Assembly (NCBI GenBank): GCA_963712115.1
Contig: CAVQGX010000021.1
Span: 61,465 to 125,464, forward strand
Direction: 5' to 3'
Length of the DNA stretch: 64,000 nucleotides
From: an uncultured delta proteobacterium
Lineage (GTDB): Bacteria; Desulfobacterota; Syntrophobacteria; BM002
A model generated the notes under the pieces. That model did no database searches, was not told the origin of the DNA, and saw only the letters and a program-made list of their open reading frames with translations. Shown here piece by piece: positions 59,864-64,000 of this stretch. Made by a program: the position numbers and the translations under genes. Position 1 is the first letter of the stretch, and each line of letters starts with the position of its first letter.

Positions 59864-59891
59864 AAGTTATCCGTTATTGGTTATTCGTTAT
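59864..59891. repeat. Heptamer tandem array (NNGTTAT)
   Basis: AAGTTAT CCGTTAT TGGTTAT TCGTTAT. Confidence 0.7.
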
Positions 59892-60137
59892 ACGGGTTGA
59901 ATCGTTTCTGCGACTTCCCAGCAAGTTATGAACTTTGTTTTCCATTCCTGTAGGAGCAAGCTCTGCTTGCGACGAACTATTTTCTTTTGGCACGGGTTCC
60001 GCTGCGCGGAACGCACAGATTACACGGCAAAATGCCTTAATAGATGGGTCTTTCAAGCGATCCCCAAAACCACTCATAAAAGCTTATTCAAAACCGTGAC
60101 ATCCGTGTGTCGCCACAGGCGACCCGTGCCTAAAGAT

Positions 60138-61055
60138 TTATCTCAACAAACTCTTCCCCGAAGGATGGTTGCTGCCATGTATCTGCACGTGGCAGTTGAG
60201 ACAGGCGCGGTAAAACCCCCTGTTGTTTAGTACACGATATACCGATTGACCTGCCTCGCTTGCGCTCCTCGCTTGAAGCTGGCTCGGGTGCCCCACATTG
60301 GAATGGCAACTCTGGCAGAGGTAGGGCATCTTTGCTTTTAGAAGAGGCGTGCGGGGAGAGCCGTGAGGTACATGACAGGTGAGGCAGTCCTCCACAACGG
60401 AAGGGTGCTCCCACAGGTAGGGCCCGCGCACATTGGCATGGCACTCAAAGCACTTAAAGTTGACGTATTGTGCGCTTACCAGTCTATCCGCCATCGTCCC
60501 GTGGGAATTGTGGCAATCCGAACAGTTCATTTTCCCTTCCCGTATGGGATGATGGGACTGCCTCAAGAGCTCGGCTTTTATCTGCTTATGACACTGGGTG
60601 CACACCTCGGTCTCAGTGGGCTTTGAGAACCCTTTCGGGTATTCCTGGTGAGGGTTGTGACAGTTCGAGCAGGCGAGCCCTCTCTGTTCATGGGTGCTAC
60701 CGTGCCATAAAGCCACCTTGCCCTTATTGTGACAGCCGAGGCATGGCCTATTCTTTTCCCCCACCGGGGTGGCTGATTTTGGATTCAAGACGAGGATAGT
60801 GCCCTCTTCGCCTTCGGATTCCACATGGGCAGCCCCCGGGCCATGACAGGACTCGCAACCATGTTTTGCCCCCGGGGTCCTCGGGTCCCCCTTGATGGCA
60901 TGGTAGTTTTTCATGTAGCTTTGATACCACTCCTCATGACACTCCATGCAGGTTTCGGAGCCCACATAGATCTCATCCCCCATGGCTTTTTGTGAGGCGA
61001 TAATCACTACAGCAGCAAGAATGATTGTTGAAAAGATGGGCAACTTCTTGGTCAT
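60138..61055 (-). CDS. mtrA: MtrA/DmsE-family decaheme c-type cytochrome
   Basis: Ten CxxCH motifs counted; GCESCHGPG..H, GPYLWEH, HGSNHPSG; signal peptide; ATG overlaps the upstream TGA (ATGA). Confidence 0.93.
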   Translation of the reverse strand: MTKKLPIFSTIILAAVVIIASQKAMGDEIYVGSETCMECHEEWYQSYMKNYHAIKGDPRTPGAKHGCESCHGPGAAHVESEGEEGTILVLNPKSATPVGEKNRPCLGCHNKGKVALWHGSTHEQRGLACSNCHNPHQEYPKGFSKPTETEVCTQCHKQIKAELLRQSHHPIREGKMNCSDCHNSHGTMADRLVSAQYVNFKCFECHANVRGPYLWEHPSVVEDCLTCHVPHGSPRTPLLKAKMPYLCQSCHSNVGHPSQLQARSASEAGQSVYRVLNNRGFYRACLNCHVQIHGSNHPSGKSLLR

Positions 61056-64000
61056 CCGCACAGCCTCCTGAACTTAGCCCTCCTTCGTCTAATCGATCCG
61101 AGGGAAATCACCAAAGTTAGACCAATCGTCACAAGCAATGAGAGGGTGAACTTAAGAGTCGCTGGGGGGCCGGAGCTCGGGTCAACCCGGCTCAAACCAC
61201 CAGGGGAAAAAGCCTCCACCATGTTCCTGTCCTTTACAGCCGACGCCATAACTGAGCTGTAAGCTGAGGCGGCGATAAAACAGCCACCGCCACCCCAATC
61301 GCTTGAAGTTGTGGTGATGGAGCTAGAACCGCTGGAGGAAGCAGTCCCGAGGCCGGAAGGATCTACTATGACGCCGTTGACCACACGATCATCGTCGCCT
61401 GTGCCTCCATCTTCCAGGATAAGGGTGACCTGATCCCTGGCAGCATTGAAGGCAGCGTTGCCATTGTAGTCGGTCCAACCGGCAGCATCATTGTACTTGT
61501 ACCATCCATATCCATCCGGTGCCGGGGATGGCAGGAAAATTGTAACTGTGGTTGTGGCGCCAGGAGCGGAAACCCTGATTTCCATCTCCACCAGACCGTA
61601 AAGCAAGTTGTCCGGCTTACCAAAGGTGGCGGGCACGGTAGCTGGATCGACAAAACTGAGGCGGGTGAAGGAGCCGCCATTGTCTTCTCTGATGCCGAAG
61701 GGCTCGTCGGCAAGCGTTCTGGTGGTAAGCACGTCGGCAGGAAATCCGGTTATGCCGTTGTCGCTTACAGTAACCGAAACTTGATCACTGGCCTGAAGCC
61801 CTCCGGTGTCTGCCGCCGTGAGCCTGAAGGTCAAGGTTGTCCCGCTAAGATCTACTATGGGGGTAACAAAGGTCGGCTGAACTGCACTGGCATTAGACAG
61901 GGTTACCGGGGGGCCGGCGGTCTGGGTCCAGAGGTAAGAGGCGATACCGTCGTCGGGGTCGGTGGAATTGGAGCCATCCAGAGTAACCGTCGCACCCTCC
62001 TCTACCGATTGATCAGGGCCAGCATCAGCCCAGGGTGCAGCGTTTACCCAGCTTACATTGACGATGGAAGTAGCGGTAGACTTCAAGCCCCCACCGTCGG
62101 TAACCGTCAACTGGAAGGTCAGCGACACCCCGCTCATGCCAACATCGGGAGCAGTGAAAGTAGGTGTAGCCACCGAGGGGTTAGAAAGGGTAACCTGGCT
62201 TCCACCCAACTGCTTCCACTGATAAGAACTGATGCCGTCATCCGGGTCGGTTGAATTTGAACCGTCCAGGGTGACAGTCACGCCTTCAGCAACTGTTTGG
62301 TCGGGACCGGCGTTGGCCGTGGGTGGCAGGTTGATCCACGAGACATTCACTATACAGGTGTCGGTGGATTGCAGCCCACCGCTGTCGGTAACTGTCACTT
62401 GGAAAGTGAGGGGTTCACCACTTGGTCCCACATCCGGGGCGGTGAAGGTTGGCCTGAACACGCTGGTGCTCGAGAGGGTGACCGGACTTCCACCAGTCTG
62501 CGCCCACGAATAGGAAGCGATACCATCATCCGGGTCGGTGGAATTGGAGCCATCCAGAATGACCGTAGCACCTTCATCTGCTGTTTGATCAGGACCGGCG
62601 TTGGCCGTGGGTGGCAGGTTGACCCAGGAGACGGTGACAATACAGGTGTCGGTGGATTGCAGTCCACCGCTGTCGGTAACTGTCACTTGGAAAGTCAGGG
62701 ATCTACCACTTGGTCCCACATCCGGCGCGGTGAAGGTGGGCTGAACCGCGGTGGTGCTAGATAGAGTAACGACCGTACCACCTATCTGTTCCCATAGATA
62801 AGAGGCTATGCCATCGTCCGGGTCGGTGGAATTGGAACCGTCGAGAGTGACAGCGTCTCCCTCATTTACCGTTTGGTCAGGACCGGCGTCCGCCGTGGGC
62901 GGCAGGTTACCATTTGTTATGTTCACAATGCAGGTGTCGGTGGCTTCTAAACCAAAGCCGTCCGTAACCCTCAGCCTGAAGGTCAAGGACGCCCCACCAG
63001 ATCCCACCACCGGAGCTGTGAATGTGGTTTGAGCAGCCGATGGAGCAGACAGGGTGACAGCGGGACCAGCCGTTTGGGTCCAGAGATAGGAGGCTATGGA
63101 GTCATCCGGATCGCTAGAATTGGAGCCGTCCAGGGTGACAGTGTCTCCCTCATTCACTATTTGGTCAGGACCGGCGTCCGCCGTGGGCGGAAGGTTTACC
63201 GAGGAAATGTTAACTGTGCAGACATCGGTGGATTGCAGGCCACCGCTGTCGGTAACTGTCAACTGGAAAGTGAGGGATGCCCCACTTGGCCCCACATTCG
63301 GGGCGGTTAAAGTAGGCTGAACCGCAGTAGTGCTGGACAGGGTTACAGGGGTACCGGCTGTCTGTTTCCACAGGTAAGAAGCTATGCCATCGTCCGGATC
63401 GCTAGAATTGGAGCCGTCCAGGGTGACCGTATCTCCCTCATTTACTGTTTGGTCAGGCCCAGCATCCGCCGTGGGTGGTAGGTTGACCCAGGAGACGTTG
63501 ACAATACAGGTGTCGGTGGACTGCAGGCCGCCGCTGTCGGTAACTGTCAACTGGAAAGTGAGGGATGCCCCACTTGGCCCCACATTGGGGGCGGTGAAGG
63601 TGGGCCTGGCCGCCGAGGTGTTGGACAAAGTCACCGAGAGGCCGCCGGTCTGGTTCCACTGGTAGGAGGAAATGTCATTGTCCGGATCGCTCGAATTGGA
63701 GCCATCCAGGGTGACAGTCACACCTTCATCCACTGTTTGATCTGGACCACCATCCGCCGTGGGCGGTAGGTTGACCCAGGAGACGTTGACAATACAGGTG
63801 TCGGTGGACTGCAGGCCGCCGCTGTCGGTAACTGTCAACTGGAAAGTGAGGGATGCCCCACTTGGCCCCACATTGGGGGTGGTGAAAGTGGGCCTGGCCG
63901 CCGAGGTGTTGGACAAAGTTACCGTGAGGCCGCCAGTCTGGTTCCACTGGTAGGAGGAAATGTCATTGTCCGGATCGCTCGAATTGGAGCCGTCCAGGGT
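61052..64000 (-). CDS. Large surface protein with at least 8 tandem 96-aa PKD/Ig-like repeats, a choice-of-anchor-like domain and a GGGGCFIA C-terminal sorting motif; 5' end outside the window
   Basis: Frame open to position 64000; repeat NLPPTADAGPDQTV.EG..VTLDGSNS.DPD; DGGTGDDD...GVIVDPSG; GGGGCFIAASAY, then a TM helix and basic tail. Confidence 0.88.
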   Translation of the reverse strand, partial: TLDGSNSSDPDNDISSYQWNQTGGLTVTLSNTSAARPTFTTPNVGPSGASLTFQLTVTDSGGLQSTDTCIVNVSWVNLPPTADGGPDQTVDEGVTVTLDGSNSSDPDNDISSYQWNQTGGLSVTLSNTSAARPTFTAPNVGPSGASLTFQLTVTDSGGLQSTDTCIVNVSWVNLPPTADAGPDQTVNEGDTVTLDGSNSSDPDDGIASYLWKQTAGTPVTLSSTTAVQPTLTAPNVGPSGASLTFQLTVTDSGGLQSTDVCTVNISSVNLPPTADAGPDQIVNEGDTVTLDGSNSSDPDDSIASYLWTQTAGPAVTLSAPSAAQTTFTAPVVGSGGASLTFRLRVTDGFGLEATDTCIVNITNGNLPPTADAGPDQTVNEGDAVTLDGSNSTDPDDGIASYLWEQIGGTVVTLSSTTAVQPTFTAPDVGPSGRSLTFQVTVTDSGGLQSTDTCIVTVSWVNLPPTANAGPDQTADEGATVILDGSNSTDPDDGIASYSWAQTGGSPVTLSSTSVFRPTFTAPDVGPSGEPLTFQVTVTDSGGLQSTDTCIVNVSWINLPPTANAGPDQTVAEGVTVTLDGSNSTDPDDGISSYQWKQLGGSQVTLSNPSVATPTFTAPDVGMSGVSLTFQLTVTDGGGLKSTATSIVNVSWVNAAPWADAGPDQSVEEGATVTLDGSNSTDPDDGIASYLWTQTAGPPVTLSNASAVQPTFVTPIVDLSGTTLTFRLTAADTGGLQASDQVSVTVSDNGITGFPADVLTTRTLADEPFGIREDNGGSFTRLSFVDPATVPATFGKPDNLLYGLVEMEIRVSAPGATTTVTIFLPSPAPDGYGWYKYNDAAGWTDYNGNAAFNAARDQVTLILEDGGTGDDDRVVNGVIVDPSGLGTASSSGSSSITTTSSDWGGGGCFIAASAYSSVMASAVKDRNMVEAFSPGGLSRVDPSSGPPATLKFTLSLLVTIGLTLVISLGSIRRRRAKFRRLCG

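Noticed and set aside
59987-60003. Sigma-54-like TTGGCACGGGTTCCGCT between mtrA and mtrB
   Set aside because: It lies on the + strand, antisense to the operon, with a weak -12 element and no gene to drive.
61781-63953. Repeated + strand ORFs (MPSSGS...) opposite the PKD gene
   Set aside because: They are antisense shadows of the repeated coding sequence.

Overview
A 64-kb chromosomal window from a bacterium whose gene content looks like Desulfobacterota (deltaproteobacterial; my inference). It is probably near the replication origin, since parAB and two parS palindromes are present. Most genes are housekeeping (nfo, thiE, pncB, dapL, plsY, birA, dksA, moaC, comM, ilvE, ino1, PBP1A, DinG-like helicase), with an accessory and partly decayed block at about 27-41 kb. 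Best lead: a cobalamin riboswitch plus attenuator terminator (41319-41548) heads a two-gene operon encoding a Zn-dependent threonine/sorbitol-dehydrogenase-family enzyme and a TrpD-fold phosphoribosyltransferase whose anthranilate-binding motifs are altered. This is a candidate uncharacterised cobamide lower-ligand or linker module. Other highlights: (1) a DsbA-like UxxC selenoprotein split by an in-frame UGA with a SECIS-like hairpin; (2) a SigZ-like ECF sigma with two matching promoters beside arsM and AhpD-like genes; (3) an MtrAB-type decaheme/porin pair translationally coupled to a large PKD-repeat surface protein; (4) 7-bp-periodic, often nested, inverted repeats in many intergenic gaps, plus three MITE/REP-like families; (5) four genes each broken by a single +1 base, possibly a sequencing artefact. 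No rRNA, tRNA, CRISPR array or transposase was seen. All family calls are by motif recognition; no searches were run.
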